This document shows positions 40,372 to 53,980 of a DNA stretch of 64,000 bases, piece by piece. Source of the DNA: Geosiphon pyriformis uo1 (lineage: Eukaryota; Fungi; Glomeromycota); assembly GCA_016748015.1 (NCBI GenBank), contig JAAOMT010000494.1, forward strand, positions 211,156 through 275,155, written 5' to 3'. Numbering within the stretch: the first letter of the stretch is position 1; every line of letters begins with the position of its first letter. The notes beneath the pieces were generated by a model that was not told the origin of the DNA, did no database searches, and was given only the letters and a program-made list of their open reading frames with translations. The position numbers were made by a program, and so were the translations under genes.

Positions 40372-40920
40372 TCATGATGTTTGAAAAGATTCTTCTGATG
40401 GCAAAGGATCTTTGGGATGTTTGGCCTTAAAGTATAGTTGAATCAGCAAAAAAAGATTATTGGTATGGGGTTAAAAGCATATGTGAACTGGTACCTCCAT
40501 ATGCTGAACTACAACTTTATAGTTTGCTGCTGGAATCTGTAAACCCGGGATTTCTCTCAATACGTTAGGAGCTTCATCATCATTCAATTAATGGTAAAAG
40601 ATCAAAGCTTGCCTTACAAACGGGGCATTTAAACTGTAACCCAGCTGCACGAGCGTTTAGCTGAGATTTGCCACCTGCCTTGGCATCAGCTTGTTTTTGA
40701 GCTTTCTCCCTTAAGATAGAATTAAAAAATACTGAGGCGATTATCACTTGAAAAATATTTAGAAATTCGGGTTCCTATAACCTACCTGGCTTGTTCCTAG
40801 AGAAAAGAATTTAGAAAAATGATAGATATTTCATGAAAAGAAAGAACAAGCGTTAATCTTTTTGCAATATGTCGGTTTATGAAAAAGTATTAATCAAACC
40901 TTTTGCTTTCCTCTAGCCAT
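40372..40920 (-). CDS. ZNF706: ~74-aa SERF/4F5 + C2H2 zinc-finger microprotein (ZNF706-like); 5 exons; not in the ORF track
   Basis: Spliced product MARGKQK|EQAR|EKAQKQADAKAGGKSQLNARAAGLQFKCPVCK|IPAANYKVVVQHME|AKHPKDPLPSEESFQTS*. It has the MARGxQK start and CxxC...HxxxKHP finger. Confidence 0.88.
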
Positions 40921-41098
40921 ATTCAACCAACAAAAGTTTGTCGGAAAGAAAAATAATTTAGAACAAAGGGCGTGCCAGATCCCATTTTGCATTCAAATTT
41001 CTATTTATGGATGCCGAGATTGGATTTGACCAATTTCAGATTACCTGCGTGACGCCTAATTTTTAAATAGATAAATTTATCCTTTCCAGACACGTCCA

Positions 41099-44000
41099 AT
41101 GGAGATCCTCAAAGACAACTTTCAAGAGCTTTTGCCCACTATTGAAAAGGCCATCAAAGAAGCCGATTTCATAGCTTTGGATACAGAACTTACGGGTAGC
41201 TAGAATTATAACTCTTAAAGATAAGGGCTGTTTTTAGCTTTATCTGATAAACTTCTCTCTCCAGGTTTAAATGACCGCATTGAACAAATAAAGATTTTCG
41301 ATGATCCTCAATCCAGATTCACTAAGGTCAGAACAGGGGCAACAAAGGCAAGCAACATTTATTAATGCATCAACGTTGTGAAGATACGTGTCTACCCAAA
41401 CAAATCCTAATTGTGAGTTATTCATGTGCATTTTTGCCAATTTATAGTTCCTCATCATTCAATTTGGTCTGTGTACCTTCACATACTCGGAGGCAGATAA
41501 TACATTTGTTGCGCGACCCTTCAATTTTTACATCTTTCCGGCTAATGCTGATCGGAAAGACTTTAACGATTTATGCTTCCTATGCAGCGGTTCTAGTCTG
41601 CAATTTCTCTCAAAATGTGGCTTTGATTTCAATAAGCTTATCAAGAAAGGTAAAAATGATTATCTAGAAGCGAAGACTGAACTCATCTGGCCTTATAACT
41701 TATAATTATGATTGTAATTATTATGAATCAGGAATTCCATGGTTAAATCGGACCAATGAGCGAAAGCTCACAATACGCAGAGAAAACTTTGCCCAGCGAC
41801 AAATTGGTGACTGTCATCTTTATTTGGTGGCACAAAAAACAAAAAACAAATTAAAACTAATATCATGAGAATCCTTATTTTCAGATAATCCACTCGATGA
41901 AGAAACAAAACTACATGTTGATAACGCCTTGTGAGTTTAGTTTTTTTGTGAGATCAATTTCATAATTGTACTAATTAAAACATCTAAATTGAAGAAAACT
42001 AGTCGAAGCTTGGGTAGAAAATCCACTAGCCGAAGAACTTGTAATAGAAACACCTAGCATTCGTCAAAAACGGTTGCTATTGCAAGAAACACGGGAAAGG
42101 TAAGGAATTACTCATTTTGCTTTGGGTGACTCCTCAAATTGAGTAAACATCATTTTTGTAATTAGATTCGATGGATTCATAGTTGGTGACAGTCGTCAAA
42201 AGAGCGTTATGTTTAGACAAATTAGTCAGGAAGAAAGACAAAAGCGTATAGATGAGGCTGCTGAAGAGGTAAGAGGACATTTCTTGCTTTTTTACATTTG
42301 TAACTTTAAGATTAAGTACATTATACCATGGCCTTAAACTTACGATTAATTGGATGATGGGCAAAGGCTGCCACTTCCCTAATCAATTTCCGTGTAGTTA
42401 TCGAATTGATGGTAGCAGCAAAGAAACCAGTAGTAGGACATAATTGTTTTTTAGACTTTTGCCAGTTTATTAATCAGTTTTGGGAGGAGATACCTGAGCG
42501 GATACGAGACTGGAAACAAATGGTCCATGAGATGTTTGAAATGTGTGTAGCTACTTTTTCACCCGTGTCTATTCCGAACAACAATTGACCCTCTTCTTCT
42601 TTCCCCGTCATATTTGATCTGATTGTAAAGAGTTATAGACACAAAACATATTGCCAGTAGCCATAGAAAATTACAGGTATGCTTTTAAATCATTTCTCAT
42701 TTACTTTCCTCCTCTGATATCGCTCATTCCTCTGTTTTCTTAATAGAAAATATTACCTAAAACCGGTGTCCAAGACATATTGCAAGCTGTCGAGAAATCC
42801 CCGTTCACTGAACATACCCCTAAAATTGGTATTTATTAAATCCTTGACTGAGAGGATAACCCTGTTTCATGGAATCCTTTTTATTTAAAATTTGCCTCAT
42901 TAGTTTTGGATCCGGCATTCAACAGATACACATTCAACGATGAAACCTACCTTCATGAGGCTGGATATGACGCCTATATCACGGGACACATCTTTATTTC
43001 ACTTACTGCCTTCATGTTACACCAAAGCGGTATGTAATTACAGCATTTAAAATAATAGTCCTCCCCTAAATTTATCTAAGGTTTTTTATTTTAGAGGAAA
43101 AGATCGACGCGTATTCTTCAGTTTTCGATGATAGCTTAGCAACACCAGAAATAATAGAGGAGGCCTCAACAATTTTGGTCGAGTCTAATTTTTTAGAATT
43201 ATTAATGACGTCTGAAAAGCTTACCAACCATTATAACAAGTTACATTTAATGAGATCCGATTTCAAGTATATTAATTTGGTTGGACTGGATGGAAGTAAG
43301 TACGAATGTATAGTAACTACCAGATACATGGACTTATTTACTATGCAATAGACTGATCTTAATTTTCCATTTGGAAAAAAATTCCATCCAAGTGCCACAA
43401 GCGAAACCAAACTCATTCCTGCTCTCCAACATTCCGCCGATGACAAAGCAGCAAACATTGTTTACTATTTTTGAAGAATTTGGTAGCATATTTTTTTCTT
43501 GGATAGATGATACGCATTGTTGGCTGACTGTGAGAGATGACCAAAAGCGTGCTAAATTAGTGGAAGGCAGTTTGAAAAAATCCAAATATTTCGCTAAATA
43601 CATGGAGGGTGGGTCAAAGCATGAAAAAGGCAAAGATAAATGTATCACAGTCGCAACTGGCAACATTATAGTAAAATCATGGAACACCTGGATCAAAGAA
43701 ATTACAAATGAGGATGAAAAGAATATTTCAGAAGAAATTCCCGTAGATGGTAGGAAGAACACCTACCAATATATTGATTTCTTTTTTGCCGCTTATGTCA
43801 GAATTCTTACTTTAAAACTTTCTGTTGAAATAGGGGAAATCATCAAAGTAGACAAAGAAATCCAAACCGAAGTATCGATTGAAGGAATGTCTGAAATAGC
43901 ATTTTCGCTCGTCGAGCCAGAACTTTTACCTTCATCTTGGTCATATCCACCTGTTGAAAATGAATGGCCACCTAATTCTGCAAAGTTTCAAAGTTGGTCA

Positions 44001-44186
44001 AAAGATGGCACTGATGATAATTGGGTAAAAAATGAATCCGAGGCTGATAAAGAAGCAGGAACAGATGAAACCACAAATTCAGCTGTCGAAAAACGTAGAT
44101 TATCTCTACCAGATACTAATTCCGCATCCAACAAGGATGAAGATCAAGAAGATGACAACATTGCTAAAAGAGCCAAAATGCGGTAA
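41099..44186 (+). CDS. PARN: Poly(A)-specific ribonuclease PARN (CAF1/DEDD nuclease, R3H-like insert, RRM); multi-exon
   Basis: ADFIALDTELTG, IQFGLCTF, RPFNFYIFP, FDFNK, VGHNCFLD, IDTKHIA and HEAGYDAY; RRM FGSIFFSWIDDT; basic C-terminus. Confidence 0.92.
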
Positions 44187-45601
44187 GGTTGTAAAAATTA
44201 ATTTTGCATATTAAGTGCACGCGCACGTCCATTTTTAGCAAATTTACATCATAGCCGAAATCAATTCCTCGACATAGCATTTGTCGTTACACGACTTAAC
44301 TAAACGAATAATAATCTATAATTTTTTGATTCAATGCGCAAAATGCTTACTCCTTTATAGGGCCCTGCGAATTCTCCGTTCAGTTTTTCCTTAAGCATAT
44401 GTTTCTCAGTTTGTGTATATCTATATCCGTGCATGTTGATTGGCTCACTTTTTAATATCACAATCTTGTATTTAAAGCGCATTGGCGCTAAAAACACGCC
44501 ATAGCCTTTGGTCATCCCCCGTTTGCGCTTTTTTTTTTCAGACTCTTGGATAAGCTTATTGACGCCAAATGTTTCTTTACTGTTCAGTATTTACTCACAA
44601 ATTTATTTTATATAATCAACGACCTAACCCAAAATGGAGCGCATTAAATGGAATGGCGTGGTTTTTATGTTTCAGGGTTATGGGTTTCTGATCCAAATAA
44701 ACTTTTATAATGCTATTTTTGGTCGACTATCTATAACACCACGTAATTTTTGCCATTACTGCGATCTGTAATAGTTGAGCTGCTGTTTTAAATTAGCTCG
44801 ATCTTGTTTCCTTGTAACAAAAAGAGCTTTAGAAGAGTAAGATTTTTTTGTGATTTGAACACAAACTGAAAATTCCTTATTTGCCCACTCGACGTCGCCT
44901 CTATACTTACTAGAAAACAAAAAACTGCAAGAAACTTATTGAAAGAAATAACAGAGATCAACCACTAACTCCTGGTCGCTTTGAACTTCATGTTAGAAAG
45001 GGTTAGCTTTTAAATTTCCCCTTCTTTTAGCCTACCTCCACAGCTCACCTGACTTTACCTTATTTGTTAAAACTCACTATTACCCCTTTTTTCACGTTCC
45101 TCTTGCATCTGGTACTGTTTGAAAGGCCGATACGATTTTTCATATAAAATCAAGTGCTATCGGGCACGTTTCCTCGCTAATTAAATTTTTCGAGTAGTCT
45201 ATGTATCATATACATAAGTTTTTCCTGGACACCTTTCACGCGCAAAGGCTAATATTGACACCTATATAAAAGCTTGTGAATAGTGAGTTCAAATTCATAT
45301 AAACCTTATCAATAATTCAGAAAATCTGCTATCCTGTAAAGTTTTTTCTGATAGAGATTCGTCGCCATATTGGTATTATCTTTGTTCAAAGTTTACGAAA
45401 CATTCCTCGCAAGTTGCCTTTGGTAGCTGATCCAACGCTTGGCGATTCTTTTTTTAGAAAAAATTAGCCGATCCTTCCGTTCTAAAGGTCCCGGGTTTCT
45501 CCATTTTTGGAGAATCCATTAATTAGACTTGATTAATCAAATTATCTTGCTGCAACACTCAAAACCAAAAATTAATTAGCCATTCAAACGAGTTGTTCGA
45601 A

Positions 45602-48342
45602 ATGCAGCAACAATTAGACACAACTGCAAGTCTTGCATCGTCCCTATCTCAATCACCTTTATCAGCCTCCGCAACAACTGCTACTACCACAACCAATAAA
45701 CCTAAACCAAAAAAAACTTTTAGTCTTAGTTTCGATAAACTACTAAATTTCATGGCAGCTCCTCTTTCACCCTCCAACTCTGAGCCAGGTGGTTTAGGTA
45801 ATGGTGGTAACATAGGACATTGTACCTGTAGTTGTAATGCGTGTCTTTGTGCTCGAAAGTTTCGTGGCAGCGGTGGATTTTTCTCATCCTCATATCATGG
45901 CCAAATCAATCAATCAGGATGTGCATCAGGCTCTTCATTGGTTGATCTTGATGAATCATGCCTGATTTCAATCAATACACCTCTTGATATCTATGGCCTT
46001 CGATATTTATTGTCCTTAGATAGATATGCGCGTCAAGATGATTTTCGTGAATCCTTACAGTTGCACACCCATTTGCTTGGTATCGCATTGGCCGCTCGTG
46101 TCTATTATTCTTTGGACCAGGTATATGCACATCTCCATGATATGTTCAAACATGAGCAAAGAGCGGAATTTGCAGCATCATATAATTATTTGCAGGATAC
46201 TCAAGATGCGATACTCGAGTACGCTCTTGCTGCGCCACAACCGAGGTCTAGCTTCTTAGATTATATAAGTTTCAAATGTAGCAAGACTATATTAGAGTTT
46301 CTAATGTTTGTGAGGCAAACCCCCGATATTGTGGCTACAGCATTTCAACAAATGCATTCACAAGATCTCGACACCCTGTTGACCACGGAAAAGGTCACTC
46401 TCTACACGAATGGCAGTATAAATAATCGCGAAGCATTGCTTAATAATTTGCCTAGCATTAATCGATTCGATATTGTGGATATTTTGTTAAAAGGAATTTT
46501 CGGGCCATCGAGTTTTCTACAAGAGGATAGATTACGGATGCGAATGTGGGCAGAAATTTTTGCAAGATTGATCGCAAAAAAAAAAGGCGAAAGATTTCTG
46601 TTGGATGTTTTGGACCGATATGCATTTTTATCTCCATGGACAGCAAAGAAATCATTTGAGCTGCAATTAATGAAAATTTTACAGCGTGGTGACACTTTAT
46701 TGGAAAATGTGACTGATGAAGAAGTCCCCAAAGATGCCCCATACTCTGCATTTTCATTGCCCTTTTTGGGAATAATTGGTAATGGAATCGGAGTGACGAA
46801 CAATGGTGTTCCAAAACCATCGAACATTTCTATCCCTCTATCATCAACCTTTGAAGAATTAGGCCAAGAATTTACATCTTCTGAGCAAGAGTCTCAAGAA
46901 AAATCACAAGAAGATGAAAAACCAACAGAAATGGAGTTATTCCTTGATCGCGCCTGTTTAGAGTTACTTTTGGTGCTAGATCGGGATGATGTCATTCCGG
47001 CTCGTATTTTAAGTTTATCACGGGCTATATTAAAACAGGTTCCAGAGCAATTTCGCCATCATGCAACCGTATTTTTGATTGTTCAATGGTTTTTCCATAG
47101 GTTTCTAGGAAGAGCAATTACATATCCAGAGGTTTGTTAGTTCACCAAAATGAAAAATTTGATTATTCCCAGATCTTTTGACCATAAATTTTATTAGCAT
47201 TACGGGATGTTTGAGGAGTATTACATTTCTGATGAACAAAGGCAAAAAATATTGTTCATGATTCATCAACGTCTTTATCGTTACGTGACTGGAATCACTG
47301 ACGCTGTACCGGAATGGTATTTAGCTTCGCAATTCCAACGCTCATTTCATTCGAAATATTATTTATCTTATTTTTTACTCTTCGAAGGGCCCGACAAAAA
47401 ATTTTTGTTGATGAGAATATAAAAATGTTGGTTTACAAGATGGTGGCGAGGTTTTCTGAAGAATCAAATCACCCCGAAATCAATCATGAACTATTATCTT
47501 CCTCAAGTGAGTTCAAAAAATGCAAGGAAATTTTATCGAGCAATGTAATCGTACTGAACCTGACATAATCAGCTATTCATTCACACACAGTACCACAGAT
47601 GGCAACCCCAGCGTTGAAATCAGCGGCTGGGAGCCCTTATCCTTCAACCTCCCAATACCCTCCTACAATAACCCCAACCTTGTTAATTTGCCCTTCGGAC
47701 CTCACTACCTTATTTCACTTTTTGTGCCCGCGATATCGCCCACAACGTCTACGACAAAATATGTCACCTAGAAGTAGCAAATGGAATTCTGGAAGTACAT
47801 ATCACTCGCGAACAAATTCACCACGACCGTCATCAATATTGAGCTTAACGCTGGATGAGAAACTTTCAGCCGCTTCTTCTCTCTTTTTTCCCAGTAATAG
47901 TGACACTAGTTCAATATCATCTGCATCGAGTGTTGATTCAGGTGTGATTGATGGGCAGGTACATACAACAACACTTAAAGACATTAATCATGGTGCAGAG
48001 CATCATAATTTTCATAATCATCATCGGAATGGACATTCGCGTTCAACATCGACCTTTGCCGAAGATGAGCCCTTACCCCAAATCTATGAAGATGTGAAAA
48101 AGGCCATTGATGAAATTAATCGTCACTCAGGTTCTTCATCACAAAATAGCAGTCCTCATCCGATCTCGGAACCCTGGGCATTACTTTATGTGTCGCGTGA
48201 TGGCAAAGAAGTCGTTATGTCAGCTCCGTCAATAGCAGTGGATACATCGCAAACTAATCCATTATTTGTGACGACACCGATTCTTAGGGGTGCAAACGGG
48301 AGTAATGGTGGTTTACCCGAGTTAGAATTGGATATGCCTTTA

Positions 48343-48378
<36 letters not shown>

Positions 48379-51300
48379 TTGAATGAATTATTAACTGAAG
48401 AGGTCAGAACTATAGGCAGAGCTTTATTTCGAATCTTGAGAGAGTATGACTTTATAGGTGCTTTTGACGATTTAGACGTGGATGTAAACGAGTCTGTTTT
48501 GAATAGTGAGTCTACTGATGGATCGAAGCCAAAACGACAAGAAGAATCAGCCGCTTCTTCAATCAATAAACAAACTAAAGCTTCACGATCGGCCCAAAAG
48601 ACTAAACATCCCCCAACGACTATTACTATTTCTTCCCTTCTTTCAAAAGCCATCCAAACCGCACAAGCACATAAAGATTTTGCAGCTGCCCTTTTATATC
48701 ATCAAGCTTTGACATTATTATTGCATCAGCCAGTTCACCTTACCCATAATAATGCCGCTGGTCTTATTACTCTTCTTGCCAAACCTTTGCGTCGTGCCCA
48801 ACATCGTCGAATCGAAAGACACCAAAAGCGTCGTCACTGGTCTGTTTATGCTCATGAAGTACATCTTCGATTAGTTCAGTGCTTATCCCAAAAACGTGAT
48901 ATGATATCTTCATTAAGATTGCGTATGTGGTATGCCTCCGAAATCCGTACTTCAAAGGTTCTGGAAAAGTCAAAGAACTTTTTAAATGATTTAGTCTCAT
49001 ACACAAAGCAAATCTCCCACAAGAATACACCCAAAACGAAAAATAATATTTCAATTAATACGACGAGTAAGACTTCATTGCATAAAGATCCCCATAATCC
49101 AAATACAACGTCTAAAACATTTGAACCCGAATGGCCACCACCATTATCTGAACATGATTCCGAAATTGTTTCACGATGGTTGCATAATTCAGATGTTTAT
49201 AACTTTTTGCCTTGTGAAGAAAGATTTCATCGTTACTGCATAGAGATTGATTCAATACGTAGGAATGTAATGCAAACAATGCTTTGGACTAGTGATCTAT
49301 TTCGGAAAGAGGCAATGATATTCAAGATGGGATATTTTATTGATCGAGAAGAACGAGAAAGGAATAAAAAGTACAGTGGATTACATCATCAACTCCTTAA
49401 CAGTTATCAGAATCAACGTACTTGGCCTGCCACCGGAGAAATACGACGACATAATAGCTTAGCTGATGTATTTAGTGAAAAGTCTACCAATAAACGAGAG
49501 CGTCGTGGTAGTGCTTCAATAATTGGGAGTGCCCCAACTAATGCCGGCTCCAATATCCTATCAAATGGTGGTCGACCAAGACGTGGTAGTAGCAGTAGCA
49601 GTCTTGGTTTAAGCAGTTCAAATTTAGCGGCTAACTTATGCCATGTGATCGAAGATGAAATCATTGATCCAGTGGCAATAAAAAATCTAGAACCTAGTAA
49701 AAAGGGTGTCGGATGTTTTGGAGGAATTCAGGAACAATTGCTTTCAAATGGTAGATTCGATGAAATAATACCACCCTATGAACTTTACACCCCTCCAATG
49801 CCATTTCCACCATCATTTCTAATTGGGGCAAAAAGAAATCACGGGACGTCAATTAACTCTGGAAGGTCTTCATTTGGCTCTCCAATCACAAGCATGGATG
49901 AATTCAAGTTGCAAACCCAAATGAAGTTGACCGGACTTTTGTTGAGTGATTTTGGAAGAGGTTGGCAGAATGGCTGTGAAACTGATGCATGGTTTGAAGA
50001 GTTTGTAGGTGACATTCGTGTGCCAAAAGAACTCGATTTAAATTTTTTCAAACTTGAAAACCCACGCGACGAAAATGGAGAAAATGGGAACGAAGATTTG
50101 AATATTAGCTCTCTGATAGGAAAGGGAATAGCCATTCCAAAGCCACCTGTCAAAGATTTAGAGGTTATAGTATCACAGATGCCATCACTCAATCTATCTG
50201 ATCCCATAACTGTTCCTGAAAAAAAGTCGTTAGTTGATGGAGTTTCACTAGCAAATCTGGTTTCACCAATTGCGATTTCCGAAACAGAATCAGCTGAAGC
50301 CCAATTAGCTGAAGCTCTCGAAAGATCTCCATTCATTCCGCCTATAACCACTCTAAATAGTGAAAAAATACCTCCCTTAAATAATGAACTGAACAATAAA
50401 CCCTTTCACCACATGACTGAATATCCTTTCACAAAATGTTGCAAATATTTAATGGAAGAATTCTCGATTCAACCATCTCCCTATCAAAAGCTTCACGCTT
50501 TATTTGCGATTGAAATGTTGATTGTTGCTTCATTATCATTTGCGCCTCCATTGCCTCATCTAGCATCAGCTCTTTCCACACCTACCTCAGCTCCTTTATC
50601 TCCTGTGCTTATTGCATCGCCACTGGTCACCACCGTAACACCCGGGACTGATTCGATTGTTAATGAACTTGAAAGATTATTTCGCCAATCAAATCTTCGT
50701 CCGAAAAACTTGTTTCGTGATATGCAATTGGTGGCTACACTCATACCTAGCGTAATTCTTGATCTTCGAGACGAAGGAAAAGCTTTTTGGGACATGAGTC
50801 TAGCCGTATCAAGTCTTAAAAAAGAGGTGGTAGAAAAGGTAGTAGAACGTGGAGTTACTGTAATGGATGGGGGTATCATCGAACGTGATAATTCTATGCG
50901 CAAGGCTATAGAAAAAGAGGATGGAATGGGTGAGAAAAACGATTGGATAGAAGTTGATCAGGATTATGAAATGATAGCTGAAATGGAGGCTGTTCGATTA
51001 TTTACTATTGGTAAGTTTTTAATTCATATAAATTTCTAATTTATTCGAATTCAAATTTCACAAATTTAATTTTTATAAATTTTTTAATTCAGGTGCTAAA
51101 GAATCGAACCCTACTGCTCAAAGAGAACTTGCAATTCTTTATCTTTCCCTTCCATCACTTCCTCACTCCTCATCACCGCCACCTCCCCCATTTTATTATC
51201 AAACAAAGGCAACAAATGAGAAATTATCTCACAATAATATGTCAACCAATGGCAGTTTTGGGATATTTGGAAGTCTAAGTGCATTGTCCACCTCCACTCC

Positions 51301-51577
51301 GGCATTTACAATGTCACCATTTTCTAGCCAGATAAACTTAACATCGGATTTTTTCTCACCTAAAGGTAACAAGCAGAAGTATAATCCTTCAAATTTAACA
51401 GCAGCCATTCACTGGTTTCAATTAGCAGCACAGCAGGGAGATAAATTTGCTAAACGTTGGCTAAATCATCGAGACGGTAAATTGGTTGGTGCATTGGCGG
51501 GAAAACCATTCTTATTGGAAAGCGAGGATGAAGAAGATGAGGATGTTGAGGAAATTCGTGGGTATGCCAGTCCATAG
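45602..51577 (+). CDS. ~1800-aa conserved fungal-type protein; putative RasGAP-like + VPS9-like + Sel1-like architecture (GAPVD1-like)
   Basis: Long ORFs 45602-47131 and 47590-51010, two short middle exons and a last exon to 51577 join through GT-AG introns. The gene itself is solid; the domain calls rest on motif resemblance (see findings). Confidence 0.85.
48343..48377 (+). repeat. (GAT)n microsatellite encoding poly-Asp
   Basis: GATGATGAT run in frame within the large ORF. Confidence 0.9.
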
Positions 51578-53980
51578 ACATAATGGGAGCTACGATTTTT
51601 TGATCAAGTTGGAACATTTTATGTATAAAATTGTAAAAACATTAATTATTATTTTCTATACTTTTTATTGTGTTTGTTTAAATTATTTATATTATTTTCT
51701 TTTTTTGAATGATTAATCATTTATTTTGAGAATTTTGCATTGGACACATCATTTAGTAATAGACCATAGCTTTTACTATTTCTTTAAAAAATGACATTGA
51801 TTGCAAAAACAAAAAGGATCAAAATAAATTTAAAGGTTCTGGGAATTCATGATTAATTTTATCATAAACTAGGAGGAAAGCTAAAAATTTTTTGAATTCA
51901 TCTAAAATTTATGATTTCAAATTGAACAGTTTTTACAAAGAAATTTAAATCTCTTGTTTATCGAAACTTGTTGAAAGCCTCCGGATAAATACCATTTAAC
52001 TTAAGGATTCCAAAAAATAAGCTCCATAGAAATTTACTATCGGGAATGAAAGTATTCTAGAAATTTGCTAATCATAACGTGTAAAATTTTCATGCTGTTA
52101 TGATGGTATTCAATTCGGAGTTTTTTTTTTCTTTGAAATCTATCTCAGAATTCTGAATTGAGCAATTTTAAAGCGCCCCCAAGTTGAAATTTGAATATAT
52201 TGAGCGTTACATTTGGCAAATATTCTTTTTAAAAAATTTTTAAAAATTTTTAAATTCCATAAAATAATGTAAAAATTTAGTTTTGAAAATCCAAACTGAA
52301 AAAAATGTATTTAAAATAATACATGTTTAGAATACGCCTCTTTCATCTTGAAAAATACTATGAGCTAATTATCAGATCAAAAAAGTGCATAAACTTTAGT
52401 TATTGTTTTTTTTTTTATTACTAAAACAAAGAATACTCATTGAACCAAATAGTGTAAAATTTGAATTCTTTTAAGACCTGTGATAATTCATGGTAAAATA
52501 AAATCTTTAAAGAAATTTGTATTTAAAATTCAAAATTTTGAGATCAAAAGAACAAATAATATTTTAAACTTTTATTTTGAAAATAAAAAAATTAATTTTT
52601 AAATTTCAATTCTTTGTTTTAAAGATTAGTTTTAATCTGGAAATAACTTTACAACAAAACAACCTTTTCTATAAGGAGTTCAATACTAAATTTTTTTTAA
52701 AAAAAAAAAAGTTCTCAAGAATTTATAAAAGCAATAAAATATATTTCATTACGAAAAACTATTCATTTAACTTAATTTCATAAATATTCTCCTATTTTTG
52801 TCAGCATTTTTTCATAGTAATCATCATATAATTAAAAAAATTTTAATTAAATAATTAAAAAGACTGCGCAAAGTTTTTTGGGAGAGATACATAATTTCAA
52901 TGCGGTGGAAGGGGAAATCATTATGACAAAAAAATGAGTGGCATAACATCTGTCTCTCCATCACACAAAACATAAATAATTTTGTCAAAAACCTTGTTAA
53001 ACATGTCAAATAAAATGTTTTATGTTTATAATCTTTTTTACATCAATCGTTAGCTGGTCTTTTTTAATCAACAACTCTTCATACAAATAGAAATGTAAAA
53101 AAATCTCGATATTTTTTTTATCGGTTAATCCTGATTTCATACTATGATATAATTCCCCAGCAAATCAATAAATCTATTTTTAAAATTCAAATATTCGAGA
53201 ATATTCTGAATTTAATAAATTTTAATGGTCAACAATTAAGATAAATAAAAAGTTTTTAACTCGTTTCTCAGTTCATAAACTCATTATTTTGCAAATGGTA
53301 TATCTTTCTTAAACGAAGAATTGGCACATATATACAAATTGCTCAGCATCGCGCAAAAATTTATACGCGCCCAACATTTGGAGGTAATTACAGAATCAAT
53401 AAAAATGCAGAGTTACCCAAATACTTTCCCTTTCCGTTTCCAGTAGGTTCGACAAAACAGGGGTAGATTTTCGATTGACTTTTACCAATTTTTAGGGACT
53501 ATCTGACATGATATCAACCTTTAATTTGTTTCTAATCAGCAAATATTTTTTATATAGCCATTATAAATTTTTATACTCTCCTTTCTCTATGATGTTTTCA
53601 GCAATGTGGAGTCTCAACTTTATTATTATCTAAAATCTGGTTCCTTATATTAGGCGTTTATTTATCGCGCACAAAATTAACAATAATGTGAATTTATGTA
53701 ACTGCTCCAATTGAAATTATTCAAAACACTTCATTGATCTCTTTCCCCAATTTATGAATCCAAACAGGCGCAGCTTTTTCGCTTTAGATTAATGCGAGAT
53801 GGGAGAAGATAGTGTCAATATAAATACAGACACTTGTACGCTAGTACTTGAGTGTTTTTCTTCAAATTACTTTGAAAAATTGAATCGTTTTTAAAACAGA
53901 TAAAACTTTTAGAATTAAAACAGATAAAACAAAACAAACAAAACAAAACAAAAAAAAGGACAACGAAATAGAAATCCAAT

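Noticed and set aside
44634-44770. 45-codon upstream ORF ahead of the large gene
   Set aside because: The TSS is unknown and there is no conservation evidence; an ORF this long is expected by chance.
46402-50903. Multiple 60-185 aa antisense ORFs inside the large gene
   Set aside because: Antisense shadows of a long coding exon with no independent motifs.
53440-53460. GGTTCGA T-loop-like motif suggesting a tRNA
   Set aside because: No T-stem or cloverleaf pairing around it; no tRNA or rRNA was recognised anywhere in the window.
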